Positions 29,960-38,352 of a DNA stretch of 64,000 bases are shown here, in pieces. Source of the stretch: Candidatus Jorgensenbacteria bacterium (GTDB taxonomy: Bacteria; Patescibacteriota; Minisyncoccia; UBA6257; GWB1-50-10); the NCBI GenBank assembly GCA_030648515.1, contig JAUSHK010000005.1, positions 162,895-226,894 of the forward strand. The letters run 5' to 3'. The position numbers were made by a program, and so were the translations under genes. Every line of letters begins with the position of its first letter. Within the stretch, counting starts at the first letter, position 1. Below the pieces are notes generated by a model that saw only the letters and a list, made by a program, of their open reading frames with translations, had not been told where the DNA came from and made no database searches.

Positions 29960-30994
29960 TTATAGCCCAACGGCTTCTGGCTGGAAATCACCATTTAGTT
30001 GAATTTTCATTTGGCTTAATTCCGCTATTTTATTTCCTTTAATATCTACTTTTAAAAGCAAGCCCTCCATTGTTTCTTTTGAGAAATACTGGTCAAAAAC
30101 GAAATTCCCTAAACTATACGCAATCCATCCGTTTTTGTACTGCTCAACTTCCTGGACCACGTGCGGATGGTGTCCAATTATCAAATCGCCGCCGGCATCA
30201 ATCATTGCGTGGGCTATCACTTGCTGTTCTTCTGATGATTTCGTTTCATATTCATTCCCCCAGTGAAATGAAATAGCCACAATATCAGCTTCTGTACGGA
30301 GATGGCGCACATTTTCTTCTGCGGAGGCGAGTGAAAACTTACTTGTTTCTGCCTGCGCTATGCCTGCGCACGCAGGAGGCGTGCCTGCACACGTTTCAGT
30401 CGCCAGTCCGCCAGCTGACGGATTCGGCTGATACACAAGCGTGTACGCGAGAAAACCGATTTTGATTCCGTTCGCGTTTATGATAATCGACGCGTTCGCT
30501 TCTTCACTGTCTTTTCCGGCGCCCACAGTACGGATTCCGCGGCCCGATAATATATTTATTGTTTCAAGGAGCGCGCCGCTTCCCCAATCCATGTTGTGAT
30601 TATTCGCGAGCGAAAGGATATCAAATCCGGCAAATGAGAGTCCTTCCGCGGCCTGAGGCGCCGCTCTAAACGAAAAATAATTTCCTTGGTCTTCCCCGCC
30701 AGCAGCTATCAGACTTTCCAAATTTCCGAACGCCACATCCGCCACCTGGATTATCGGCGCGATATTTCGAAACGGAAAAATGAAATCGCCGGACGAAGCA
30801 ATCCTTCTTCCTACCGCGCGCGAAAGCATAATGTCCCCAACGGCGACAAGCGTTGCTTCCGGCTCGGCCTCAACCGCGAGCGCCGATGCCCGAAGCGGAA
30901 CTACTTCGCCTTGCGGGCGTATTTCATGAAACAAACCGGCGCCCGAGAAAAACCCGAGCGCCAATCCGATAATTACAACAATTAACGCCCGCAT
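29960..30994 (-). CDS. CapA/PgsA-family metallophosphoesterase-like protein
   Basis: Signal/TM N-terminus, ISFHWGNEYE and GHHPHV motifs typical of CapA-family proteins. Confidence 0.65.
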   Translation of the reverse strand: MRALIVVIIGLALGFFSGAGLFHEIRPQGEVVPLRASALAVEAEPEATLVAVGDIMLSRAVGRRIASSGDFIFPFRNIAPIIQVADVAFGNLESLIAAGGEDQGNYFSFRAAPQAAEGLSFAGFDILSLANNHNMDWGSGALLETINILSGRGIRTVGAGKDSEEANASIIINANGIKIGFLAYTLVYQPNPSAGGLATETCAGTPPACAGIAQAETSKFSLASAEENVRHLRTEADIVAISFHWGNEYETKSSEEQQVIAHAMIDAGGDLIIGHHPHVVQEVEQYKNGWIAYSLGNFVFDQYFSKETMEGLLLKVDIKGNKIAELSQMKIQLNGDFQPEAVGL

Positions 30995-30997
30995 CGC

Positions 30998-32011
30998 TTA
31001 TGGGAGATGTGAAATGTGCTTCAGTAACGCTGAAACGTATCCCATTTCGTTGTCGTACCATGACAAAACTTTTACGAGGTTTCCATCCACTACCTTTGTA
31101 AAACTCAAATCAATAATTGCCGGGTACGGTTCGCCGACGATGTCGGAGGAAACAATCTGGTCTTCCACAATTTTTATAATGCCCTGCCATCGCGGGTCTA
31201 CCGCCGCCTTTTTGAATATCCCGTTTATTTCCTCAACAGATGTAGGCCGTTTTGCGATAAATGTTATGTCGGCAATTGACCCCGTCGGAACCGGCACGCG
31301 CATTGCAATTCCGTCAAACTTACCGGTTAGTTCTGGAATAACGCGCGCAACTGCAATTGCGGCGCCAGTCGTTGAAGGAATAATGTTCTGCGCCCCAGCA
31401 CGCCCGCGCCTCCAGTCGGAACCCTTAACCGGACTATCAACAATGCTTTGCGTTGCAGTGTATCCGTGCACCGTGGTTAAAATAGCTTTCTCAACGCCAG
31501 GATTCTCTCTCATGATTTCCATGACAGGCGATGCGGCGTTCGTGGTACACGAACCATTAGACGTAATTGCAACATTTTTCGCAGAATCTTCATTTACTCC
31601 GACTAAGACGGTCTGCCCGAGCGTGCCGTCTCCGTCTTTTGCCGGCGCGGTGATAACCACTCGCTTCGCTCCAGCATCAAGATGCGCTTTGGCTTTTTCA
31701 TATGATTCAAACGCTCCCGTTGATTCAACCACCACGTCAATGCCAAGCGAGCCCCACGGCAGTTTCGCTGCATCTTTTTCCTGCGAGAAGGCGATTTCTT
31801 TACCGTCAACAATCAGCTTGGAATCAGAGACGGAAACTGATTTGTCATATCGTCCATACACCGTGTCGTACTGTAAGAGATAGGCAAAATTCTTTAGATC
31901 CCCGAGGTCGTTGATTGCGACGATATCAAATGCCGGGTTCCCAAACACGTAGCGGAAAAACAAGCGACCAATCCTCCCGAAGCCATTAATGGCGATTTTT
32001 TTGGTTTGCAT
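30998..32011 (-). CDS. gap: type I glyceraldehyde-3-phosphate dehydrogenase
   Basis: INGFGRIGR NAD-binding start and SCTTN active-site Cys motif. 337 aa. Confidence 0.9.
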   Translation of the reverse strand: MQTKKIAINGFGRIGRLFFRYVFGNPAFDIVAINDLGDLKNFAYLLQYDTVYGRYDKSVSVSDSKLIVDGKEIAFSQEKDAAKLPWGSLGIDVVVESTGAFESYEKAKAHLDAGAKRVVITAPAKDGDGTLGQTVLVGVNEDSAKNVAITSNGSCTTNAASPVMEIMRENPGVEKAILTTVHGYTATQSIVDSPVKGSDWRRGRAGAQNIIPSTTGAAIAVARVIPELTGKFDGIAMRVPVPTGSIADITFIAKRPTSVEEINGIFKKAAVDPRWQGIIKIVEDQIVSSDIVGEPYPAIIDLSFTKVVDGNLVKVLSWYDNEMGYVSALLKHISHLP

Positions 32012-32025
32012 GGTACTAGTATAAA

Positions 32026-32538
32026 TTATTGTTGCGAATTTTGCACAAATGGGCGAATACGAACTACATCCCCTACGCCGGCCCTGAATAGTCCTGTCCT
32101 TCCGGCTTTAAGCTCAAGCACGCGTTTTGCCGGCGCGGGCGGATAGTATGCTTTAAGAAGATTCTGTACAATGCCCGGCTGGGGTTCAACATTTTTAGTT
32201 ATTCCTATAATGACGTCTTTTTCATCTATCCAAACAATATCAATAGGAAACTTCATTCCCTTCATCCAAAACGAGTGTTTCCCGGGCTTATCAAACACAA
32301 ACAACATTCCTTCGTTTACTCCGATGCTTCCCCTGCCGGAGAGCCCCTGCGCGCGGGTTATCGCGTTACTCGCAACTTCCGCGTTAATAAGCTGGTCGCC
32401 GATTTTTATTTCTACCTTGCTTCCGATAGTATCAAGGCTCTTTAAGTACGGTATGCTCGCAACCGCCGCGACAAGCAGTATTCCAATGAGTACGAATGAG
32501 AATTTGAAAAATAGAGAGTCCATATCTTGATTATACAC
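32026..32538 (-). CDS. DUF192-like secreted/membrane-anchored protein
   Basis: N-terminal TM segment and an MKGMKFPIDIVWID motif characteristic of DUF192. Confidence 0.55.
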   Translation of the reverse strand: MYNQDMDSLFFKFSFVLIGILLVAAVASIPYLKSLDTIGSKVEIKIGDQLINAEVASNAITRAQGLSGRGSIGVNEGMLFVFDKPGKHSFWMKGMKFPIDIVWIDEKDVIIGITKNVEPQPGIVQNLLKAYYPPAPAKRVLELKAGRTGLFRAGVGDVVRIRPFVQNSQQ

Positions 32539-33007
32539 CCGAGCACATTCCGTATACCGCTATACCAAACGCGACGCTTACATTAAGCGATTCTTTCATT
32601 CCATGCATCGGAATTTCAAGAACTTTATCACACGCGCTTAGTACAGACGGCGGAAGCCCCCGCACTTCATTTCCAAACACGAGCGCTATCTTTTTTTGTT
32701 TTGTTTTGAGCCGATTATACGGAACTGAACGAGGCGATTGTTCAATGGCGCATACAAGGTAGCCGTCTTCGCGCAGTTTTTTTATGGTTGATGCCGTTCT
32801 CGCCGCGTACTCCCACGGCACCGTTTTTTCCGCGCCGAGCGAAACTTTTGTAAAGTCCATTCTGAATTTTCCCAACCTGTCTAACGGCGTCGGCGTTATG
32901 CCGGTAAGGTATATTTTTGAAACGCCGACCGCGTCCGCCGTGCGGAAAATGGAGCCGACGTTATGTACGCTCCTGATATTATGCAAAACAGCCACGATGG
33001 TTTTCAT
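32531..33007 (-). CDS. SpoU/TrmH-family RNA 2'-O-methyltransferase (TrmL-like)
   Basis: 158 aa with NVGSIFRTA, LVFGNEVRGLP and the trefoil-knot motif KVLEIPMHG...SLNVSVA. Confidence 0.75.
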   Translation of the reverse strand: MKTIVAVLHNIRSVHNVGSIFRTADAVGVSKIYLTGITPTPLDRLGKFRMDFTKVSLGAEKTVPWEYAARTASTIKKLREDGYLVCAIEQSPRSVPYNRLKTKQKKIALVFGNEVRGLPPSVLSACDKVLEIPMHGMKESLNVSVAFGIAVYGMCSGV

Positions 33008-33087
33008 TGTTGTTCTATTCTACACCAAAAATGATAACCCCCAGGTATTTAATATTAAGTACCGGGGGGTTATAAAAATTTTTGAAT

Positions 33088-33375
33088 CTATATGGCCACG
33101 CGGCGTATTATTCTTTCTTGTGTAGGCGTAAGCCTAACGCGCTCTCCAACTCCTCCAATTCCATGCGGAAGTTCGCGTTTGGATTTCCGTCCTTTCCACT
33201 TTCCTTGACGCCCATTTGTTAAAACTTCCTTTTTAGGGATGGTTTTAAGTACCTCCCGAAGCGTTCCAGGCTGTCCGCAACGTGGGCACTTACCCCTTAG
33301 CGCCTCGCCAAGTTTATAATTGGCTTCTCGTTCTACTACTTCTCCACAATTTGTACACTTTGCCTTATGAGCCAT
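33088..33375 (-). CDS. small zinc-ribbon protein (hypothetical)
   Basis: 95 aa with CTNCG...CPRCG and a basic C-terminus. Confidence 0.45.
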   Translation of the reverse strand: MAHKAKCTNCGEVVEREANYKLGEALRGKCPRCGQPGTLREVLKTIPKKEVLTNGRQGKWKGRKSKRELPHGIGGVGERVRLTPTQERIIRRVAI

Positions 33376-33519
33376 GACCTACTCCTTGTGTTTTGAATTA
33401 ATAAAAGGCGGAGGAGAACTAGATTGGTCTCCGCAGTGGATGAGTGAGAATGTTCTAGTTTTTCAGTTTATAACATTACAAAATTAATATCAATAACTCT
33501 GTGGATAATGAATAAAATA

Positions 33520-33545
33520 CCCTTCCGATCCCGGGATCGGAAGGG
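33520..33545 (-). terminator. rho-independent terminator of the minus-strand tRNA cluster
   Basis: 26-nt perfect palindrome CCCTTCCGATCCCGGGATCGGAAGGG followed on the minus strand by GUAUUUUAUU. Confidence 0.6.
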
Positions 33546-33620
33546 TTTGTGCTGCACAGAAGCGGGAATTTAACCCGCGAGTTTTCTTTGTGAGAAAAGA
33601 CGATCGTTTTCTGCGCTGCG

Positions 33621-33690
33621 CGGCGGGAGAAGGATTCGAACCTCCGTAATCCCATTTGAATAGGATGCTCTGCCTCTAAGCTATCCCGCC
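33621..33690 (-). tRNA. tRNA with non-canonical anticodon loop (6- or 8-nt; candidate anticodons CAA/UCA), G73 discriminator
   Basis: Good acceptor (GGCGGGA/TCCCGCC), D arm and canonical T arm (GGAGG-TTCGAAT-CCTTC). The anticodon region ATCCT-ATTCAAAT-GGGAT only folds with an 8-nt loop; the alternative TCCTA/TGGGA stem leaves a 6-nt loop. Confidence 0.55.
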
Positions 33691-33718
33691 TAAGAAATAT
33701 AATGATGTAAAACTGTCG

Positions 33719-33820
33719 AGGCCCTAACTGGATTCAAACCAGTGACCATCTCGTTATCCAATCAATGCTATAAACATTGACCGGCGAGGCACTCTGACCA
33801 TAACTCTGAGCTATAGGGCC
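33719..33820 (-). tRNA. atypical 102-nt tRNA-like gene with extended (about 15 bp, bulged) anticodon arm; candidate anticodon UAU
   Basis: Perfect 7-bp acceptor (GGCCCTA/TAGGGCC), GCTCAG D-arm start and T arm ACTGG-TTTGAAT-CCAGT. The central hairpin is CCTCG-CCGG-TCAATG-[TTTATAG]-CATTGA-TTGG-(ATAA)-CGAG. Confidence 0.4.
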
Positions 33821-33824
33821 GTCG

Positions 33825-33897
33825 AACGGGGAGAAGGACTTGAACCTCCGACCTAATGCTCCCGAAGCACTTGCTCTACCAGCTGAGCTATCCCCGT
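33825..33897 (-). tRNA. tRNA-Pro (anticodon CGG)
   Basis: ACGGGGA-TA-GCTC-AGCTGGTA-GAGC-A-AGTGC-TTCGGGA-GCATT-AGGTC-GGAGG-TTCAAGT-CCTTC-TCCCCGT-T. A1-U72 and U73 are atypical for tRNA-Pro. Confidence 0.7.
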
Positions 33898-33902
33898 AAT
33901 CG

Positions 33903-33975
33903 CTGGGGGGTAAGGGACTCGAACCCCTGACGCACGGATTTAACGTCCGCCGCTCTAACCAACTGACCTGCCTGC
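33903..33975 (-). tRNA. tRNA-like sequence with an intact T arm but disrupted acceptor and anticodon regions (possible pseudogene)
   Basis: The reverse complement has D arm AGTTGGTTAGAGC and T arm AGGGG-TTCGAGT-CCCTT, with 3' end ACCCCCCA. The best anticodon stem is GCGGA/TCCGT with loop CGTTAAA (no U33). No complementary 5' acceptor strand is present unless the upstream palindrome is skipped. Confidence 0.35.
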
Positions 33976-33987
33976 GCAGGCAGGGCT
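33968..33987. repeat. GC-rich perfect palindrome CCTGCCTGCGCAGGCAGG (GCCTGCC...GGCAGGC family)
   Basis: An 18-nt perfect palindrome directly 5' of the tRNA-like sequence. A related palindrome GCCTGCCGGCAGGC lies at 36209-36222. Confidence 0.7.
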
Positions 33988-34045
33988 AACCCCCGAACAA
34001 AAAACTGTTTTAGAGTGTACCTCTATGATTTTATTCCGTCAAGAT

Positions 34046-35503
34046 TTACGGCGTCTGCGAGTTTTGCGGCGATGGAGATGGCCTAATTGTAAATTCATTA
34101 CTTGTCCATGCGGCGCGCTCATAGCTCTGCCCTTTCAAAATTTCTGTCCAACTTGCTTCATCAGTTTTTTCTCCCGACGCGTTATAAATCACAACCGCGT
34201 TATTCGTGTACGCAAGTGAATACGAGTGCGGCCACACAACATCCAAAATCGGTTCTCCTGTATATCCGGTTTCGTTCCCAAGGAGGAAAAATTTCTTTGG
34301 TTGTATGCTTTTTCCTTCGAGTCGGCTTATGGCAACAAATGATGATTCGCTTCCCGAAGAACTTTTCTTTTTAATAGTCCACCCGGTAAGGTCTGCTTGG
34401 GTGTCGCCCGCGTTATAGAGTTCAATAAAATCAAAATCAGCGTTTCCTTCCATGCCCGCCATCACTTCGCTTATTAAAACGCGTGCTGGCTGTTGTGGTG
34501 TTTCTGACGGCGATTGCGGCGGCGGTGCTTCCGGCGTTTGTTGTAGCTGTTGCGATGCTCCACCGCTTTCCGGCTCCTCTGCGACTGATGTCTCCGCGGT
34601 AACTATGGTTCGCGGTGAATTTTGTATCTTCGGCGTTCCACCTGGAATGCTCGAGGTATACCACGAGAAATCCGTAGCACGCTCCATCGTTGCTTTTGTT
34701 TCATTGTTTCCGGCGGGCCACGCTGGCAAAGCCGATACTTTATCAATCGGGCGACACCCAGCGTCAAAAAGCGTAAGTTCTTCATCGCTGTTATTTATCG
34801 TTCCAGAAAACGCTGCGTCCGCGCCATCCGTCCAATTTTTATCCTTGCCCTGCCTTGCTAAAACAAACGTACCGCCGGCGGAGAGCACCGCATCGTTTCG
34901 TATTACCGTTTTTATCGTCCTGCTTTTATCAAACAGCTGCCAGCCGCCGATCGGAATTACTGCTGACGATATATTTTTTAGCTCAATCCATTCGCGCTGA
35001 GCACTTACAGCGTCCCCCATCCATGCAACTTCGTTAATAATTACCGGGTCGTTGGCTGGCGGCGCGCCAGTTTCCAAACAAAAAACCGGCTCCTTTTGCA
35101 CTGGTCGTGCCGGAACCGGCGGTTGCGCCATCACTACCGGCGATTCTGGTTCTTCAGTTTCAGTTGTCGTGGCTTGTTTTTTCTGTTTAACGGCGGTTTT
35201 CGCCACAGAATTTACCGCGACCGCTGTTTTTTGGGTTTTTATATTTCCTGCCGTGCGTCCCTGAGCCGCGACAATATTATTTTGTAAACCGCTTGCAGAT
35301 TTTTCCTCTACTACCTCCATATCAGTTCTGAGCGGAATTTCATCAACGAGCGTACCGGCTTCAAAACTATTTACAGGAAACAAGCTTGCTATAAGCGCGC
35401 CGTTTTTAAAACTTTCTGACTGAAACACTTCTTTTCCGGAAAAAAACCCGCTGGCGCACAAAATGATGGTCCCTAGAATAATTGCGAGTTTGTTTACTGC
35501 CAT
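34046..35503 (-). CDS. secreted lamin-tail-domain (LTD) protein
   Basis: Signal peptide. Two LTD-like segments (AWMGDAVSAQREWIELKNIS...GGWQLFD and DFDFIELYNAGDTQADLTGWTIKK), separated by Pro/Ser/Gln-rich linkers. Confidence 0.55.
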   Translation of the reverse strand: MAVNKLAIILGTIILCASGFFSGKEVFQSESFKNGALIASLFPVNSFEAGTLVDEIPLRTDMEVVEEKSASGLQNNIVAAQGRTAGNIKTQKTAVAVNSVAKTAVKQKKQATTTETEEPESPVVMAQPPVPARPVQKEPVFCLETGAPPANDPVIINEVAWMGDAVSAQREWIELKNISSAVIPIGGWQLFDKSRTIKTVIRNDAVLSAGGTFVLARQGKDKNWTDGADAAFSGTINNSDEELTLFDAGCRPIDKVSALPAWPAGNNETKATMERATDFSWYTSSIPGGTPKIQNSPRTIVTAETSVAEEPESGGASQQLQQTPEAPPPQSPSETPQQPARVLISEVMAGMEGNADFDFIELYNAGDTQADLTGWTIKKKSSSGSESSFVAISRLEGKSIQPKKFFLLGNETGYTGEPILDVVWPHSYSLAYTNNAVVIYNASGEKTDEASWTEILKGQSYERAAWTSNEFTIRPSPSPQNSQTP

Positions 35504-35556
35504 AACACGCTTGAGTTTTTTCTATTCGTTGTTTTTATTTTAACACAAAAAAATAA

Positions 35557-35588
35557 CCGCTCGGTTCACTTTACAGTGAGACGAGCGG
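35557..35588 (-). terminator. rho-independent terminator candidate
   Basis: CCGCTCGgTTCACTttacAGTGAGaCGAGCGG hairpin, followed on the minus strand by a U-rich run (plus-strand cacaaaaaaataa precedes it). Confidence 0.55.
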
Positions 35589-35602
35589 CGAAATATTGAG
35601 AG

Positions 35603-36061
35603 TTACCATCTTTTAAACGCGACTTCCAAATGAAGTCTTGCGCAAAAAAGGCAGTTTCCGAGGCTTGACCGGAAGAATGTTTTCCTCATATTCCTTACCG
35701 GCATAATGAAAAAATTATGAACGCGGTTGCGGACTCTTTTTGTAAACTCACCTAACTTGTCGGTAAATTTACTAATATCTCTTTTAAAAACTTGCCATGC
35801 TGATATTGCGAACAGCGCGGAGAAAACCGTAAGCGCAAACGGCAGATTTTGAACTTCTTGAGGAAATCGCGCATATATTACTGCCAGTAACACAATCGAT
35901 GAAGCAGAGAATGCTGTCCCTGATAAACCGAGATAGAATTTCAAAATTTCGTTTTTGCGGTTTCGTCGTAAACTCCCGTTTCTATTTGACATTGATGCAA
36001 TGGCAATCCCAACAACGGAGAACGTAGATACCATAAAAAACACCGCCAATATGATAAGCAT
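35603..36061 (-). CDS. hypothetical membrane protein
   Basis: 152 aa with 3-4 predicted TM helices. No recognisable motif. Confidence 0.4.
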   Translation of the reverse strand: MLIILAVFFMVSTFSVVGIAIASMSNRNGSLRRNRKNEILKFYLGLSGTAFSASSIVLLAVIYARFPQEVQNLPFALTVFSALFAISAWQVFKRDISKFTDKLGEFTKRVRNRVHNFFIMPVRNMRKTFFRSSLGNCLFCARLHLEVAFKRW

Positions 36062-36173
36062 ATCTTCCTCCTTTATCTTAATTTTATTTGTTTGCGCGGT
36101 TTTTAGCGCCTAACTTTATACTGGTTAAATTTTAGCATAACCCAAGTTATTTTGTCAACCCAGTTAGAAATAG

Positions 36174-36222
36174 CCTGCCCACAGGCCTTTTGGGCGCGCA
36201 GGCGCTCTGCCTGCCGGCAGGC
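36174..36222. repeat. cluster of GC-rich hairpins in a 230-bp intergenic region (candidate structured element or ncRNA)
   Basis: GCCTGcccaCAGGC, GGCGCGCAGGCGC and GCCTGCCGGCAGGC fall within 50 nt, in a region otherwise below 50% GC. Confidence 0.5.
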
Positions 36223-36290
36223 ATGGACTTCTAATGGGGTTAATACAAACAACCTAGGGGACCAGCAACGGACGGGGTTTGTTATGTTAT

Positions 36291-37217
36291 CTAATAACAA
36301 GTCCAGTTTGTGAGTTGACTTCCATCGCCACTTGCGCAGTTACATGAATACCCAGGAGGATTTGATGTTCCGTCAAAGCCAGTGGCAGGCCTGTATGTTG
36401 GGACGGAACTTGATTCATTAACACAGCCTGTATCTGACCTCCATCTAGAGTTATACGCAACGCTTCCTGTAGTGGGCGCGTTTCCAAAATCAACGGCCCA
36501 TTGGTTGTAACAGTTGCCGACTATTCCAAAGTAGTCCGGTTTAACAGGAAGCCATTCTCCTCCGCCTCCACCGCCCCCGCCTGGGTTTAAGGAAGCTGTA
36601 CTACAATCCATATCCCACGGATCAAACCTCGTGTTCTTAGCAACAATGCTGCCACCGCAGTCAGCTTCGCTATACCATTGCGTTTCTGTGTAAGTAGCTT
36701 TATACGCCCCATCCCACGATTCCGGAGTGTGGTTAGTCCCAAGTGACATGTTAACATCAACATCTGAATCGCAATTATCGTCCCAATTACTGTTACAGGA
36801 TCCTGTAGCGCCTGGGTTTATACTCGCTATTCCATCATTACAATCACTGCCACCGTTGTTAGTAGAAAGACACGCCGTTGTCGCCGCCCCATCACTATCC
36901 GTATCTGCCGTCACACAACTGCTTCCGTTCCAGCATTCACCGACGGCACAGCATTGCGCCGAAGTCGTGCTCGGCGGTAGATTGCTCAAAAATGTTGACC
37001 ACTCGCCCGCTGTATTCGTCGGAACAAAATATGTATCGCCCGAGGTGTTATTAATTTTTCTGCACGCGTCGCTTCTGCTTGCCGCGTTAATCGTTATATT
37101 TGAACTTGGCGTGCTCTGGTATCCTTCGCTTAATGTATTAATGCCGTAAAGCGCCAATGGCAGAAAGAGAATAACCAGCGCGAAAATGAGCCGGTATTTT
37201 TTTATAAACTCAAGCAT
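36291..37217 (-). CDS. secreted Cys-rich hypothetical protein
   Basis: Signal peptide, many Cys in CxxGxC-type spacing, and a GGGGGGGEW run. No recognisable catalytic motif. Confidence 0.45.
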   Translation of the reverse strand: MLEFIKKYRLIFALVILFLPLALYGINTLSEGYQSTPSSNITINAASRSDACRKINNTSGDTYFVPTNTAGEWSTFLSNLPPSTTSAQCCAVGECWNGSSCVTADTDSDGAATTACLSTNNGGSDCNDGIASINPGATGSCNSNWDDNCDSDVDVNMSLGTNHTPESWDGAYKATYTETQWYSEADCGGSIVAKNTRFDPWDMDCSTASLNPGGGGGGGGEWLPVKPDYFGIVGNCYNQWAVDFGNAPTTGSVAYNSRWRSDTGCVNESSSVPTYRPATGFDGTSNPPGYSCNCASGDGSQLTNWTCY

Positions 37218-37219
37218 TT

Positions 37220-38299
37220 CTATCTTATTTTTTTACGAAGCGCCTCAAGTTCTATTTTCAATTTATTAATCTGCTTTTGCTGTTCCTTTACTGCCTCAAT
37301 AAGCGGCGCAACTAAGTTTGCGTACTGAAGCGACATCACGCCGGTTGCTTCATCGGTTGAGACAAGCTCTGGAAAAACTTTTTGCGTATCTTGTGCGATG
37401 AGCCCTATGCTCCCACTTCCATCTTTTTTCCATTCAAATGAAACGCCCTGCAACTGCATTATTTTCTGAAGCGAGTTCTGAAGTGGCTTTATATTTTCTT
37501 TCATCCTGACATCGGATGAATAATAAAACGCTGTTGCCTGAACATTTCCGGTTACGGCTAATTTATATGAGCCCGGGTTTGTGTTTCCTATGCCAACGCT
37601 ATAACTCGTTGAGGACGCATAAAGGTTGGAACCGGAAAGAGTCCAGTGGTTAGACACGTTTGCTGCGGCTGTAGTTTGAATAGTATTGTCTGAAAATACA
37701 ATTCCATAACTTGAACTCGCGATTCGCATATTTCCGTTTGATATAGTGCTTGTACCAACTATGTGAAGAGGCGTTGCAGGATTAGTTGTCCCGATACCTA
37801 CCAGGCCAGCGGAACTGATTCGCATTACTTCAGTGCTTGAGCCAAGGCGCACGCCACTTTGAACATCAAGTTTATACGCCGGCGCGTTAGTCCCGATGCC
37901 GATGCGTTCATTTGTAGCATCAACAAAGAGAACTGTATTAGCCGACGCGGCTCCCTGAAAAGTGTAGTTGCCTTTTCCTACTACCGAGCCAAAAACTCCG
38001 GTTGAAACGTTCCCGGCGGACGTCGTTGTAGCTACGGACCCGCTTACGGCTGATGTCTGCGTGGTGCCGTCAAAAAATTTAATTCCGTTTAATGCATAAA
38101 TCGTGCCGGCTCCCTGGCTTGTTGTTGTGCCCACTGAAAGACTTCCGAGAATAGTGGTTGTTGACGCGTTTAATATTCTATAAACACCATCAAAATCAAG
38201 GTCGCTGCCAACGTTTATGGCCGCCGTCAGAGAAACAGTTCCTAGAAAAAGCGTGACGGCTAAAACTATAAAAATTACTCTTTTATTTTTTTCTCCCAT
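37220..38299 (-). CDS. tail-fibre-like surface protein with C-terminal intramolecular chaperone (peptidase S74-like) domain
   Basis: Signal peptide and GIGTxxPxxxL-type beta-helix repeats (RIGIGTNAPAYKLDV, LVGIGTTNPATPLHIV). The C-terminus LQGVSFEWKKDGSGSIGLIAQDTQKVFPELV...LVAPLIEAVKEQQKQINKLK matches the endosialidase chaperone / S74 domain pattern. Confidence 0.6.
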   Translation of the reverse strand: MGEKNKRVIFIVLAVTLFLGTVSLTAAINVGSDLDFDGVYRILNASTTTILGSLSVGTTTSQGAGTIYALNGIKFFDGTTQTSAVSGSVATTTSAGNVSTGVFGSVVGKGNYTFQGAASANTVLFVDATNERIGIGTNAPAYKLDVQSGVRLGSSTEVMRISSAGLVGIGTTNPATPLHIVGTSTISNGNMRIASSSYGIVFSDNTIQTTAAANVSNHWTLSGSNLYASSTSYSVGIGNTNPGSYKLAVTGNVQATAFYYSSDVRMKENIKPLQNSLQKIMQLQGVSFEWKKDGSGSIGLIAQDTQKVFPELVSTDEATGVMSLQYANLVAPLIEAVKEQQKQINKLKIELEALRKKIR

Positions 38300-38352
38300 T
38301 TTAAAATCGTTTAGTTATATGGCCTTTTATCTTGTTTATTATACCACGAGCT

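Noticed and set aside
29960-30994. Poly-gamma-glutamate capsule locus (CapA)
   Set aside because: Only the CapA/PgsA-family metallophosphoesterase-like gene is present. No PgsB/PgsC partners nearby. Family membership alone does not imply capsule synthesis.
33621-33690. Alternative genetic code (UGA reassigned) suggested by a possible UCA anticodon
   Set aside because: Long conserved genes (rpoB 1058 aa, recG, pilB, dnaB) are unbroken under the standard code and align to homologs end to end. The YerC-like gene ends at TGA. The anticodon assignment of this tRNA is itself ambiguous (6- vs 8-nt loop).
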